A model generated the notes under the pieces. The model saw only the letters and a program-made list of their open reading frames with translations, had not been told where the DNA came from and searched no databases. The position numbers and the translations under genes were made by a program. Below are positions 1-14,300 of a stretch of 64,000 bases of DNA, one piece after another. The DNA is from the human T2T-CHM13v2.0 reference genome, Homo sapiens. The DNA is taken from the NCBI RefSeq assembly GCF_009914755.1, contig NC_060925.1. One strand, given 5' to 3'. Within the stretch, counting starts at the first letter, position 1. The number at the start of each line of letters is the position of its first letter.

Positions 1-1309
1 ACCACCCCTTCTGGGGTCCATCGAGGACTCCTTAGAAATGGTATTGTAAGGAGCAGACATTGATATTTAGTCATTCAAAGTGCTAAGAGAAGCACACTCC
101 ATAAGTTCAATGCCCAATAGTGAAGACAAATATGTAAGTTATAGTATAGTGCTGAGAGAGAGGTAGGTGGGAAGTGTGTGAGAACGAAATGAGGAGTTCA
201 CTGATCAAGAAGCGTATTTCAGATGGCAGGAGTTGCTTGAAACAAAGTTCAGAGCCCCCCCGCAAAAAGATGTCCTTCCTGGGGAACTGCTCGATGATGC
301 ATAGACTTGCTGGGCCCCCTTAGGCAGGGAGGGTGGCACATTTGCCAGATAGCTGGATCACCCCCCCAGACTCACAGTCACGGGCCAAATATCCAATCGA
401 CCCTTTCTGTGGAGATTCAATGTTGAGTGACGGGAAAAATGGGGAAATTGCCAGGAATCTTTCATGACAGTGTAAATCCAGCTTGCTGGGCTCTTAAAAT
501 GCATGCCGTGGCTTTCTGATGTTTTCCGTATGTCACAGAATTTACGAGTCTGATCTCACAGAGCAGCCAGAAAGCTCAGAGGCAGTTGATGATGTATGTG
601 GACCGTCTGGCTCCTCTGAGAAAGGATTCAATTCTGTCTCTTAAAGTGATTTAATCCTAAATCTTAGGCTGGAACAAATAGAAAATGCAAATCTGTCTTC
701 CTTGTTTAAGGATTTTGTATTCTTTGATAGTTTCAAAACAATCATGCAGAGAAAAAAAACATATCTTAACAAATATATCATGTTGGAAAGTGTAGATGCT
801 TTGACAAATTACAAAGCCAACCAAGTCAGATACTTCCTTGTCAACTTTTGCTTCCAGCTGGCAAGCATTTAAAATAATATTCCAAGGAGGTTTAACATTC
901 ATGATTACATTGTTTGATTATTGCACTTTCTAGATAATGGTTTTTCAAAATTGTATCTTGCAGCTAAAAATTAAATAGCGACTTCTGGGTATGCATGACA
1001 TTCTTTAATAAAATGAGACCCAATATAATATTCTCAGAGGCTGAGCAGTAATATAGAAGAGATTTACTGTAGTCCAAATGAGTGAGATCACTGATCCTAT
1101 AGGATTCTTATTATTTTCTCAAGCTAAACTCCAGAGAATGCTGGGAATGGAGCCACAGACTCTGTTCATGTCTAGCAGGATCCTAGATGGGCTTTCCTTT
1201 TCTACATGGATATCTAAAGAATTCTTGGGGTCTTTGGGCTGTGGAAAAATGCCTTTTAGGAGAAAGCTGTGGACAAAGTTGTTTATTTGTGTCCACTAAC
1301 AGTGGACAC

Positions 1310-1456
1310 AAATTGTAACAAACGAATCATTCTGGTGAGGAATGTTGATAATGGGGGAGGCTAATTATGCACATGGGTTGGGGCAAGGGGTATATGGGAA
1401 CTCTCTGTAGTTTCTGCTCAATTTTGCTGTGAACCTAAAACTGCTCTTAAAAAATA
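1310..1456 (+). mobile_element. Old L1 (L1MC/L1MB-like) 3' end fragment
   Basis: 'gatgttgataatgggggaggct...ttttgctgtgaacctaaaactgctct' resembles the mammalian-wide L1M 3' UTR terminus and ends in an A-rich tract. Confidence 0.7.
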
Positions 1457-2029
1457 TATACACCATGCAAGCCTTCCCTGCCAATGCAGGCAGCCATGGC
1501 GCCGCCGGCACTGCATTCTCAGAACGATCCCTTCTTCCTGCTCTACTGCAGTTTCTGCAAGCTCCTACCCCTTGATTTTGCTTCCTGCTTGTCTCTGGAT
1601 CAGGATGAAGGATGTTGTCCTTCCTTCCTTCAACCCATGTTTGTGGAGATTCTGATATGTGGCAGGCACTGGCTTACATTTGGATTCAAGCTTTGATCTG
1701 GCTACACTTCAAGGACCTTAGCTTAGATTCAGCCTTAAAACAGTCCACTTTGAGTAGGTCCCAGGTAAGTTTGGGCACAATAGTAGGTCTGATGGGCTTT
1801 TCCATCTGGAATATTTATTCAATAAGAAAATCATTCACAAATGTGCTGGAAAGTATGGAGCTGGCTGGATTCCCAGAGTGAAAACGTCCTGGGTGGTGCG
1901 TGCATCCTGTGTTCGTGCATCAGAACAAAGAGACAGAGGAATCTGGGGATGGACTCCATGGAGTGTTGGCAGCATGCTGACTCGCTGGGCTTGCCCACCT
2001 CCCTCAGTCAGGCGAGGCTGGGCTAAGCG

Positions 2030-2385
2030 TGGCAAGAAACAACTGCAAAAGCTTAGTGGCTTAACACAATAAAAGCTATTCTTCATTCACACAAGGTCCC
2101 CTGTGAATATCAGAGGTCAGGCAACTTTAAGTCATGAGTTCAGGGGTTCAGCTCCTGACATGGCATGTGGTTCTGACTTCTCAGAGTCCTTTGCTCCAGG
2201 AACACAGCTAGCAAAGAGAGGGACCGCAAAAGAGCTTGCGGGGCATTTTAGGGGCCAAGCCTTGAAGTGGTATACACGTTGTGCCCACATTGGATAGAAC
2301 CCAGTCATACCGCCCCTCCTAACTGCAAGGAGGCTGGGAACAGAGGAACCTGTGGTCTCAGTGAACACGAGCAGTCTCTGCTACA
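2030..2385 (-). mobile_element. MaLR LTR (MLT1I/J-like), degenerate
   Basis: Motifs 'cttagtggcttaacacaataaa', 'cctaactgcaagg..ggctgggaa' and terminal 'gcagtctctgctaca' (TG start on the minus strand). Confidence 0.6.
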
Positions 2386-2855
2386 CATAGTAGGGAGCCA
2401 CTTCTGCTGGGGACAATTTTAAAGCTCAAAGATCGATTTTCATACTTTCCAGGGAGTTTCTCTTCCATTTATCAGGTCTTTTGTTTTCTATGTCCAGCAT
2501 CATTAAATCAAAGCCCCTTCAGCACAGGTGTCCTGAATGATTCACCTCCTGCCCAGAACCACAGGACAGCCCTGTACAGTAGGGTAGGAGTGCACGGGGG
2601 ACAGCCTCTTCATTTGTCAAGAAATGGATACTAATAATGCAAGAAATGCAACAACATATGCAGCAAGAATTCTGTAAAGGGAACTAACTAGTAAGGAAGT
2701 CAAAACCACCCTATTATTGTGGGGACCCACAAATAAACCCAGAGGAAATGGCATAACTTGAGTTGTGTGTTAAACTTAAATTTTCTGATCATTATTTACA
2801 ATTATTTGTCACTAAAGTTCTGTTGTACTAAGTCATTTTAGAAAAAGTTATAATA

Positions 2856-3157
2856 GCTAAGTGCGGTGGCTCACACCTGTAATCCCAACAGTTTGGGAGG
2901 CCAAGACTGGCTGATCTCTTGAGCCCAGGAGTTCAAGACCAACCTGGAGAACATGATGAAACCCTGTTTACACAAAAACTACAAAAATTAGCAGGGCATG
3001 GTGGCACGCACCTGTAGTTCCAGCTACTCGGGAGGCTTGAAGTGGGAGGATTGCCTGAGGTGGGGAAAGTTGAGGCTGCAGTGAGCTGTGGTCGTGCCAC
3101 TGTCCCCCAGCCTGAGCAACAGAGCAAGACTCTGTCTCAAAAAAAGAAGAGAGAGAG
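2856..3157 (+). mobile_element. AluJ-type SINE
   Basis: Dimeric Alu with A/AG tail; TSD aaagttataata at 2844-2855 and 3158-3169. Confidence 0.95.
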
Positions 3158-6100
3158 AAAGTTATAATAATGAACTCTGTTAAGCTTAAGGGAAAATACA
3201 GATATTTCTCTTTGTTACTTTGGGTCATTACATTTTCATTCAAAAGAATTTTGTCACTAGAGATCTCGAAGCAAAGGCTACAAAGAGGAAGTGTGTGTGC
3301 ATGTGTTTTCACACTTGTGCTGTATACAGGTAACTGTCAAAGTCCAACTCCTTTTGTAGTCTCAAGTATGTTATGATGATGGTGCCCTTATTTGTGTACT
3401 TGGGGCGTTAGTAAGGTACTCTCTCACCTCACCCTGCTTCCCTGAGAACCAGAAATAAGACTGCCCTTTGAGAGCCAAACAACAAGATCAATATCAGAAA
3501 GAATCGAAGTTTCTTGATGAAGGCAAAATGGCTCCAGGGCCTCTAAAACTCCACTAGCAATCCAGGGAAGAGGTAACATAGATAAAGGAAGAATATGCCC
3601 ATTAGAAGAAAAGCTAGTCAGCTTTGGCAGCTTAGAGGAAGGAGAGGTGCCAGGGCATGTGCTAGTGGCACAAGCAAAAGGGCCTTGAATCCCAGTGCAA
3701 AGGAATTGCGGCTGGATCCCAGAGGCCGTGGGAAATCAGGGAAGAGAATCCCACCCTATAGAGGTTCCTACTTAATTACTGATTCTTGACTATAAATGGT
3801 TATCATATATGCTCAAATATAAGATGAGGATTTTGTTTTTAAGTATCCCTTGGTAAAGAGGTAGTAGCCTTACTTTTAAGACTGCAAAAACGTTTTCCTG
3901 AGAATGCTTTCTTGATTATTGTGAATAGCAGAGTGCCATTTGGGGAAGATTCACTTAAAGGAAGTTAAAGGAGGTCAAACTCAACAAACTGAGTCACTCC
4001 CTCTCATTGGCAAAAGTATCCTTAATGTGAAGATGAATGAATGTGCGGGGTAAGGCCAATTGAGTTCCAGTCTTCTAGCCCCAGTTAGTTCTATTGCTCA
4101 GTGGAAGGACTGAGCAGTATTAGTTTTATTTCACTAAATGTTCAAGTCATCTAACTTTTCTTTTTCTGATGATACACTTCCCCAGGAGTCTTCTGATCAT
4201 GACTTGGAGTGGGCTTCAGGAAAAGAATGTGCTGGTCATGTAGACTTTGGAGCATTTCAGCCCCTTTGACAGTTACTTCTCGTTGGTAATTAGTACCCTG
4301 GCATAGTCCTTTTATCCTTCAATCTCACTCCTTAGCTAATGGGTCTCTCTCAGAAAAATGGATCTACTCTTGGTATGTTTTCTAAGTTCTGAATCTGCAA
4401 GGCTGAAGTCCAACCTAGCTCATGGACAATTGACAAAGGCAATGAAGTCCACCAGTCAAGGCTTCCCAGCAGGTGGACTGCTGATCTTGTTCTTCAAGAA
4501 AACTTTCTGACTTGTTGGATGCATGAAAAGAGAGCTAATTTTTTTCTATTGTCATATAATCAGAAATTTTCCATCTCAAATGGCAAGATTCCAATTTTCA
4601 TCTCTGCACAGCTTCAAGTTGCTTCTCTTTTGTGCCCTGAAAATGAATTTTGCAAGTAATACCCACAAGTTCTATGTTACTGGCAATTTGGGGAGCAACA
4701 AATGTGTCAGTTCTTACTAGCAATTCCCAAACATCACAGAACACTCAACATGAAGTGTGTATAAGAGCTAAGCTGATGCCAACTATGCCCTCAAGATCTG
4801 AAGACAAAGTCTGAAGCCAAGAAGATTGACAAACAATACTTTCTCATTTTGGCTTAAGCCTCCCTCCCCAAGCTCCTTAGGGAGTCCATTTCTTGGAAGG
4901 CACTTCTGTAAGGCACTTCCTAAGCTTTAAGGGATGCTTGAGTTTGCTACCAGTTTTTTGTTGTTGTTGTTGTTGTTTGACAACTCTATTCTAGAAATGT
5001 TAGGTTGGCTTTCTCTAAGGGAGGCTCGTTTAGAACATGGATTTTAAACAAAAACTGAAAACATCAGGAGCCACTGACTACATAAGAACTTGGGAAATGG
5101 GAAAGCTTCCCTGGAAGTTTTGCAAGGCAGGAAAGCAGAGGTCTACACCTGTAATGGAATAAACTAAGTGGATAATTCTGGTAGACTTCTTCTAACTCCA
5201 TGGAACACACTCACGTGGTACCCTGTCCTCTCATAACTTTTCACCATGGTTGTAGTCGATTATGTAATTATTGAGTTAATGTCTAAATTCCTGCTACATT
5301 TTAGGTTCCAAGAAGGTGGGCTTTTCCCCCTCTGAAAACTCAGCACCTACTACAGTGCCTTGCACATGGAAGATGTTTAGTAAAGATTAGATGAACATGT
5401 AATATACCATCCAAGGGACTAGGTTTTTTATCTTGGAGCCACTAATACCTAGCAGAATGCCTGGCAGGAACTCAGGCATCACTTGTAAAAGCAAGGAAGG
5501 AAGGAAAGAAGGAAGGGAGGGAGGGGTCGTTTCCATCCCATGGACTCAATGTAGTTGGACTTGAGGTTTCCTGATTAATGTCATCAAAAGGCAAATCCCC
5601 TTCTGTTAGCAAAAGATATGAAAAATAAACAGAATGCCATCTAATTTAATTTGAGCACCAAAGAAAGTGACTAACGAGGCATTTCTGTATTTGGGTAGGA
5701 GGAGAATACTCTAAGTGCTACCTGGAAATGGCTTTAGTTACTTTGGTGACTGTTATAGTCTTGAGAGAATAATCTCCTCTTAATAAGGACAATTACTTAG
5801 ATTTATTACTCCTCCGTGGTCTTGTTAAAGATCTAAGAAGAATCCTATTTAAATGAAAAGGACAATAGGAGCTTTTTAACAGAGAGCAAGGTTTAATTAA
5901 AACTCCAGCATAGGATTGGTACCTCTGTGGCTAAGCAGAAAAACTAGGTTAAAAAAGAAAAAGAGGAGTAAATAAACAATGGCACCTACTTCACCTGCTT
6001 TTCGGGGGTAAAAGTCCTGTTTCAATGAAAAGTCTCAGAAGATAATGTGTATCCAGGTTACCCAAAACATCCCTTTTGTGAGGATGGCCTTTTGGAATCA

Positions 6101-7527
6101 AGTCCTCCTTCCTCATTCAATGAAAAATCCTTTGGACTTTAGATAATGAGTTCCCTTACCTGCTGGGAGCCCAATCCAAGAGGGAGAACTGGGATGACTG
6201 ATGGGAATCACTGGAACAGTATGCAGTGGTACTTAAAAAGTACTTGATAATGTTCCTAGCAAGAAATAGGAACCCAGAATACTCCCAAGGAAGCGCATTG
6301 CTCCAGAGAGTCCCAACCCGCAAGTAGAAGTGCAGGATTCTTTCTGCTTGAGTAATAATAACAAGAGCTGTTTAGAAGTCCCAAAAGCTCTGGCCCTGTC
6401 ATTAAAAAGAATTAACATTATATAAACCCCCAAAACAAAAATACAGAATGAAAGCAAGCAAGTGGGATCACACATCGGATGGATGGCTGCTAAGCGATGG
6501 GTGTGCGCTGTGGCCGAGAGGCAGCGTCTTGGCTGCCTGACGGGGCTGGTGCTTCTAAGTTGGAGTGGTGCACATAAATACAGCTGTCTGTTTGTAGCAT
6601 TTTTCTTTTCTAAATAAATAACCAACAACAGTCATATGGATGCATTTTGGGTGACAATGGCACATGCGAACTCTGTTATCTAACCTAAGCTAGAAATATT
6701 TCCACATTAAATTATATGATTGGAAACAATGCAGGAGCAACCATGGGGTGGGATAGGGCTGGAGGGGCTCTTGCCTGGCTTCTGGGGTATGTTCTGACTT
6801 TATGTCACCCTAGTGGTTAACAAATGTCATACCAAGAACAGATGAGCACTAAATGAATCTGTTCTTGTGATGATTATAACAAGACTGTAAAATGGAAAAC
6901 AGTAAATATAACTCATCCTTATTAAGACTCACTGGTATTTGTTTCCAGCTAGAGCTCCTAACAAGAAAGTAAACCATACTTGGTCTCCTGTGATTGCTAA
7001 TTAAAATGCAATAAATTATGGAATCAATTTAAATTCTGGATCAGCTCTACAGTGGGTTCAATAAACCTCCTAAATTTTATTTTCCCCATGGGGTTCCTTT
7101 TTCTTGAGGTAGGGAGGTGCGTGTGCATGGCTTCTCTTTTGTTTGATTTTTAATTGCTCCGGCAGCTTCTTTCAGGGCAAGATGGCCAATAGCGGGACAA
7201 ATCCCCAAATCCTGGCATACATTTTCCTGGCTCCAGGTTACCTTGGACAAGACCAGGACAAGACTTGGAGTTGCTGCCCAAAGTTGTTCATGGTAGTGGC
7301 CTTGGCAACACACTTAGGACAACCAAATAGTGTGGGGTCCCCACAGCCTTGTCAAGAACAATGGGGACCAGGTATTCTCTTTCATGTGGTCAGTGTATGA
7401 AGGAAGAGTTTGTCAGTGAGGCCCATAGGAGGCTGCTGACATACATGCATGTGTGTATTTGCAGGCTATTTTAGGTCTAGTAGGCTCTACGAGAAAAAAA
7501 ATATTCTAGGAAATATTCCCTGAGGAG

Positions 7528-8894
7528 GCCATTATATACACTAATTAAGGAAACTCAGAAAGCCAATACCCATTTAGTAAGATGGACACCTGAAGCAGAA
7601 AGAAGCAGCTTTCCAGGCCCTAAAGAAGGCCTGAACCCAAGCCCCAGTGTTAAGCTTGCCAATGGGGCAAGACTTTTCTTTATATGTCACAGAAGAAACA
7701 GGAATAGCTCTAGGAGTCCTTACACAGGTCCGAGGGACGAGCTTGAAACCCGTGGCTTACGTGAGTAAAGAAATTGATGTAGTGGCAAAGGGTTGGCCTC
7801 ATTATTTATGGATAGTGGCGGCAGCAGCAGTCTTAGTATCTGAAGCAGTTAAAATGATACAGGGAAGAGATCTTACTGTGTGGATGTCTCATGATGTGAA
7901 TGGCATACTCACTGCTAAAGGAGACTTGTGGCTGTCAGACAACCGTTTGCTTAAATATCAGGCTCTATTACTTGAAGGGCCAGTGCTGCGACTGCGCACT
8001 TGCGCAACTCTTAATCCAGTCACATTTCTTCCAGACAATGAAGAAAAAATAGAACATAAGTCTCAACAAGTAATTGCTCAAACCTGCGCCACTCAAGGGG
8101 ACCTAGATGTTCCCTTGACTGATCCCGACTCAACTTGTATACTGATGGAAGTCCCTTTGTAGAAAAAGGACTTCGAAAAGCAGGGTATGCAGTGGTCAGT
8201 GATAATGGAATACTTGCAAGTAATCCCCTCACTCCAGGAACTAGCGCTCAGCTGGCAGAACTAATAGCCCTCACTCGGGCACTAGAATTAGGAGAAGGAA
8301 AAAGGGTAAATATATATACAGATTCTAATATGCTTACCTAGTCCTCCATGCCCATGCAGCAATATGGAGAGAAAGGGAATTCCTAACTTCCGAGGGAACA
8401 CCTATCAAACATCAGGAAGCCATTAGGAGATTATTATTGGCGGTACAGAAACCTAAAAAGGTGGCAGTCTTAACACTGCTGGGGTCATCAGAAAGGAAAG
8501 GAAAGGGAAATAGAAGGGAACCGCCAAGCAGATATTAAAGCCAAAAGAGCCGCAAGACAGGACGCTCCATTAGAAATGCTTATAGAAGGACCCCTAGTAT
8601 GGGGTAATCCCCTCCGGGAAACCAAGCCCCAGTACTCAGCAGAAGAAATAGAATGGGGAACCTCATGAGGACATAGTTTCCTCCCCTCAGCATGGCTAGC
8701 CACCGAAGAAGGAAAAGTACTTTCACCAGCAGCTAACCAATGAAAATTACTTAAAATCCTTCACCAAACCTTTCACTTAGGCATTGATAGCACCCATCAG
8801 ATGGCCAAATCATTATTTACTGGACCAGGCCTTTTCAAGACTATCAAGCAGATAGTCAGGGCCTGTGAAGTGTGCCAAAAAAAAAATCCCCTGC
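7528..8894 (+). pseudogene. HERV-W pol remnant (RT connection, RNase H, IN N-terminus), frameshifted
   Basis: ORF pieces 7647-8162, 8135-8341 and 8801-8894 carry gammaretrovirus-like pol motifs in different frames, with stops. Confidence 0.9.
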
Positions 8895-8917
8895 ACTTCA
8901 GTCCATACATTTCTATT

Positions 8918-9151
8918 CCTGTATCTTTAACCTCCTTGTTAAGTTTGTCTCTTCCAGAATCAAAGCTGAAAAAGCTGCAAATGGTTCTTCAAATGGAGCC
9001 CCAGATGCAATCCATGACTAAAATCTACCACGGCTCCCTGGACCGGCATGCTAGCCCATGCTCTGATGTTAATGACATCAAAGCCACCCCTCCCAAGGAA
9101 ATCTCAACTGCACGACCCCTACTACGCCCCAATTCAGCAGGAAGCAGTTAG
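8918..9151 (+). pseudogene. HERV-W env C-terminal remnant (syncytin-1-like cytoplasmic tail)
   Basis: LQMEPQMQSMTKIY...SDVNDIK.TPP.EIS.A.PLLRPNSAGSS matches the HERV-W Env C-terminus. Confidence 0.9.
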
Positions 9152-9208
9152 AGCGGTCGTTGGCCAACCTCCCCAACAGCACTTGGGTTTTCCTGTTGAG
9201 GGGGGGAC

Positions 9209-9863
<655 letters not shown>

Positions 9864-10255
9864 TGGACTTGCATCAGCTGGGGGCAGGTAAATTGTGGGG
9901 AGGAGTGCGTGTGTGTTCCAGCTGGAATATAGGCTGGGCTTGCCCTCTGAGCCAAGCCTGAGATGCAGTCCCAGGTAATACTATGACCTACGTCAGAGTT
10001 GAGGCACAACAGAAGACTGTGTAGAATATGCCTAGTCCCTTGCTGCCTCCTTCAGACATCAGCAGTTTCACCCTTTGCTACCTGGGAAGCAATGCTTGAC
10101 ATAGTAAAAATACATGCCACCCTCCCAGTTGTTACCCAACTACAACTCACGAGAATTAGTTTCTGTCTCATCTGAATGTGGGAAGAGTTCTTAGCCCCAA
10201 TCTTGATGCTGCCCATCTAGTCAATAGTTGATAAACACTTCTTGGTTGTTTGTGA

Positions 10256-10657
10256 GTATCTTAGTCCATTTGTGCTGCTATAACAAAATATCACCGACTG
10301 GGTAACTTATAAACAATAGAAATTTATTCTCATGGCTCTGGAGGCCAGGAGGTCTAAGCTCAAGGTGCCAGCAGGATTGGTGTCTCCTGAGGGCTCCTCT
10401 TTGCTTCCAAGATAGTCCCTCATTGCTGCATCTTCCAGAGGGGAGGAACACTGTGTTCTCACTTGGCAGAAGGGGCAGAAGGGCAAGAGAGCTTCCTTCA
10501 ATTGTAAGCCCTTTTATAAGGTCACTAATCTCATTCATGAGAGTAGAGCCCTCATGACTTAATCACCTCCCAAAGGCCACACTTCCTAATACTGTTGCAT
10601 TGAGGACTAAGTCTTAACATGAATTTTTGTGGAGACATCATCATTCAAACCATAATA
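10256..10657 (-). mobile_element. MaLR solo LTR (MST/MLT1A-like)
   Basis: 'tcttagtccatttgtgctgctataacaaaata...ttaatcacctcccaaaggcc...cattcaaaccata' are typical MaLR LTR motifs. Confidence 0.85.
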
Positions 10658-11329
10658 GCCAGGCAAAACACATTTTCACCTTGTAGATGGGTCTTTTGGT
10701 TGCTTTTAAAGTCATCAAGGTGTAGCTGGCTAAGCATGGGTGTTAGAGTAAGACAGAGTTGCTTAAAAACCTCTGTTTTATCTCTTATTAATGGCATATT
10801 TTAAAAAAAGTTACTTTGCCTTATATATAAAGTAGGATTAATAATGCCTACTCAATTGGGGCTATTAGAGAGCTTAACCAAGTTCTTGTATGCCTAGAAT
10901 ATCTAGTAAACATACCAAATAAATATCTAGTAAAACTATTTAAAATGCAGTTTTGTCAATTCTGTTAACTTTATTTTTATATTCATTTATCATTTTTTAT
11001 TAAAAAATCCATCAAGTATAATCTCCTTCCATGCCCACTGCCTCAGGCTGTTTCCTTAAAAGAACAGCATGACAAGATATATATATATATATTTTAAATT
11101 ATGCTTTAAGGTCTGGGATACATGTGCAGAATGTGCAGGTTTGTTGCATAGGTATACATGTGCCATGGTAGTATGCTGCACCCATCAACCTGTCATCTAC
11201 GTTAGGCATTTCTCCTAATGCTATCCCTTCTCTAGCCCCCCACCCTTCCACATGCCCTGGTGTGTAATATTCCCCTCCCTGTGTCCATACGTTCTCATTG
11301 TTCAACTCTCATTTATGAGTGAGAACATG

Positions 11330-14300
11330 TGGTGTTTAGTTTTCTGTTCCTATGTTAGTTTGCTGAGAATGATGGTTTCCAGCTTCATCCATGTCCCTGC
11401 AAAAAGCATGAATTCATCCTTTTTTATGGCTGCATAGTATTCCATGGTGTACATGTGCCACATTTTCTTTATCCAGTCTATCATTGATAGGCATTTGGGT
11501 TGGTTCCAAGTCTTTGCTATTGTGAACAGTGCTACAATAAACATACATGTGCATGTGTCTTCAAAGTAGAATGATTTATAATCCTTTGGGTATATACCCA
11601 GTAATGGGATTGTGGGTCAAATGGTATTTCTGGTTCTAGATCCTTGAGGGATAGCCACACTGTCTTCCACAATGGTTAAACTAATTTACACTCCCACTGA
11701 CCGTGTAAAAGCATTCCTATTTCTCCACAATAGGAAACAATAGCATCTGTTGTTTCCTGACTTTTTAATGATTGCCATTCTAACTGGTGTGAGATGGTAT
11801 CTTATTGTGGTTTTGATTTGCATTTCCCTAATGACCAGTGATTATGAGCTTTTTCTCATATTTTTGTTGGCTGCATAATTGTCCTCTTTTGAGAAGTGTC
11901 TGTTCATATCCTTCACTCACTTTTTAATGGGGTTGTTTTTTTTCTTGTAAATGTGTTTAAGTTCATTGTAGATTCTGGATATTAGCCATTTGTCAGATGG
12001 ATAGATTGCAAAAATTTTCTCCCATTCTGTATGTAGGTTGCCTGTTCACTCTGATGGTAGGTTATTTGCTGTGCAGAAGCTCTTTAGTTTAATTAGATCA
12101 CCTGTGTCAATTTTGGCTTTTGATACCATTGCTTTTGGTGTTTTAGTCATGAAGTCTTTGCCCATGCCTATGTCATGAATGGTATTGCGTAGTTTTTCTT
12201 CTAGGGTTTTTATGGTTTTTAGGTGTTACTTTTAAGTCTTTAATCCATCTTGAGTTAATTTTTGTATAAGGTGTAAGGAAGGGGTCCAGTTTCAGTTTTC
12301 TGCATATGGCTAGCCAGTTTTCCCAACACCATTTATTAAATAAGGAATCCTTTTCCCATTGCCTGTTTTTGTCAGGTTTGTCAAAGATCAGATGGCTGTA
12401 GATGTGTGGCATTATTTCTGAGGCCTCTGTTATGTTCCGTTGGTCCATATATCTGTTTTGGTACCAGTACCATGCTGTTTTGGTTACTGTAGCCTTGTAG
12501 TATAGTTTGAAGTCAGGTAGCATGATGCCTCCAGTTTTGTTCTTTTTGCTTAGGATTGTCTTAGCTATATAGGATCTTTTTTGGTTCCATATGAAATTTA
12601 AAGTAGTTTTTTCTAATTCTGTGAAGCAAGTCAATGGTAGCTTGATGGGGATAGCATTGAATCTATAAATTACTTTGGGCAGTATGGCCATTTTCATGAC
12701 ACTGATTCTTCTTATTTATGAGCATGGAATGTTTTTCCATTTTTTTGTGCTCTCTCTTATTTTGCTGAGCAGTGGTTTGTAGTTCTCCTTGAAGAGGTCC
12801 TTCACATCCCTTGTAAGTTGTATTCCTAGGTATTTTATTCTCTTGGTAGCAATTGTGAATGGGAGTTCACTCTTGGTTTGTCTATTATTGGTGTATAGGA
12901 ATGCTTGTGATTTTTGCACATTGATTTTGTATCCTGAGACTTTGCTGAAGTTGCTTATCAGCTTAAGGAGATTTTGAGCTGAGATGATAGAGTTTTCTAA
13001 ATATACAATCATGTCATCTGCAAACAATTTGACTTCCTCTGTTCCTATTTGAATACCCTTTATTGCTTTCTCTTGACTGATTGCCCTGGCCAGAACTTCC
13101 AGTACTATGTTGAATAGGAGTGGTGAGAGAGGGCATCCTTGTCTTGTGCCGGTTTTCAAAGGGAATGCTTCCAGCTTTTGTCCATTCAGTATGATATTGG
13201 CTATGGCTTTGTCATAAATAGCTCTTCTTATTTTGAGATATGTTCCATCAATACCTGGTTTATTGAGAGTTTTTAGCATGAAGAGGTGTTGAATTTGATC
13301 ACAGGCCTTTTCTGCATCTATTGAAATAATCATGTGCTTTTTGTCATTGGTTCTGTTTATGTGATGGATTACATTTATTGATTTGCATATGTTGAACCAG
13401 CCTTGCATCCCAGGGATGAAGCCAACTCAATCATGGTGGATAAGTTTTTGATGTGCTGCTGGATTTGGTTTGCCAGTATTTTATTGAGGATTTTCACATC
13501 GATGTTCATCAGGGTTATTGGCCTGAAATTTTTTTTCTGTTGTGTCTCTGCCAGTTTTTGGTAGCAGAATGATGCTGGCCTCATAAAATGAGTTAGGGAG
13601 GAGTCCCTCTTTTTCTATTGTTTGGAATAGTTTCAGGAGGAATGGCACCAGCTCCTCTTTGTACCTCTGGTAGAATTTGGCTGTGAATCTCTCTGGTCCT
13701 GGGCTGTTTTTTGGTTGGTAGGCTATTAATTACTGCCTTAATGTCAGAACTTGTTATTGGTCTATTCAAGGATTTGACTTCTCCTTGGTTTAGTCTTGGG
13801 AGGGTGTCTGTGTCCAGGAATTTATCAATTTTTTCTAGTTTTTCTAGTTTATTTGCATAGAAGTGTTTAAGTGTTCTCTGGTGGTAGATCGTATTTCTGT
13901 GGGATCAGCGGTGATATCCCCTTTATCATTTTTTATTGTGTCTATTTGATTCTTCTCTCTTCTTTATGAGTCTGGCTAGCAGTCTATTTATTTTGTTAAT
14001 CTCTTCAAAAAACCAGCTCCTGGATTTATTTATTTTTTGTAGTGTTTTTTATGTCTCTATCTCCTTCAGTTCTGCACTGATCTTAGTCATTTCTTGTCTT
14101 CTTTTGAATTCGTTTGAATTTGTTTGCTCTTGCTTCTCTAATTCTTTTTACTATGATGTTAGGGTGTCAATTTTAGATCTTTCCTGCTTTCTCCTTTAGG
14201 TATTTAGTGCTATAAATTTCCCTCTAAACACTGCTTTAGCTGTGTCCCAGAAATTCTGGTATGTTGTGTCCTTGTTCTCATTCGTTTCAAAGAACTTATT

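Noticed and set aside
1466-1881. Kozak-like gccATGGcgccgcc with 70-aa and 89-aa ORFs, as a possible gene or processed pseudogene
   Set aside because: No recognisable protein, no poly(A)/TSD and no splice support; it may be an old LTR fragment
6233-6628. 131-aa minus-strand ORF with a hydrophobic stretch
   Set aside because: Non-ATG start and no recognisable homology
8918-9151. Syncytin-1 (ERVW-1) gene
   Set aside because: Only the env tail is present; the SU and TM ectodomain are deleted
10898-10934. 13-bp direct repeat aatatctagtaaa
   Set aside because: Short AT-rich local duplication with nothing inserted between the copies
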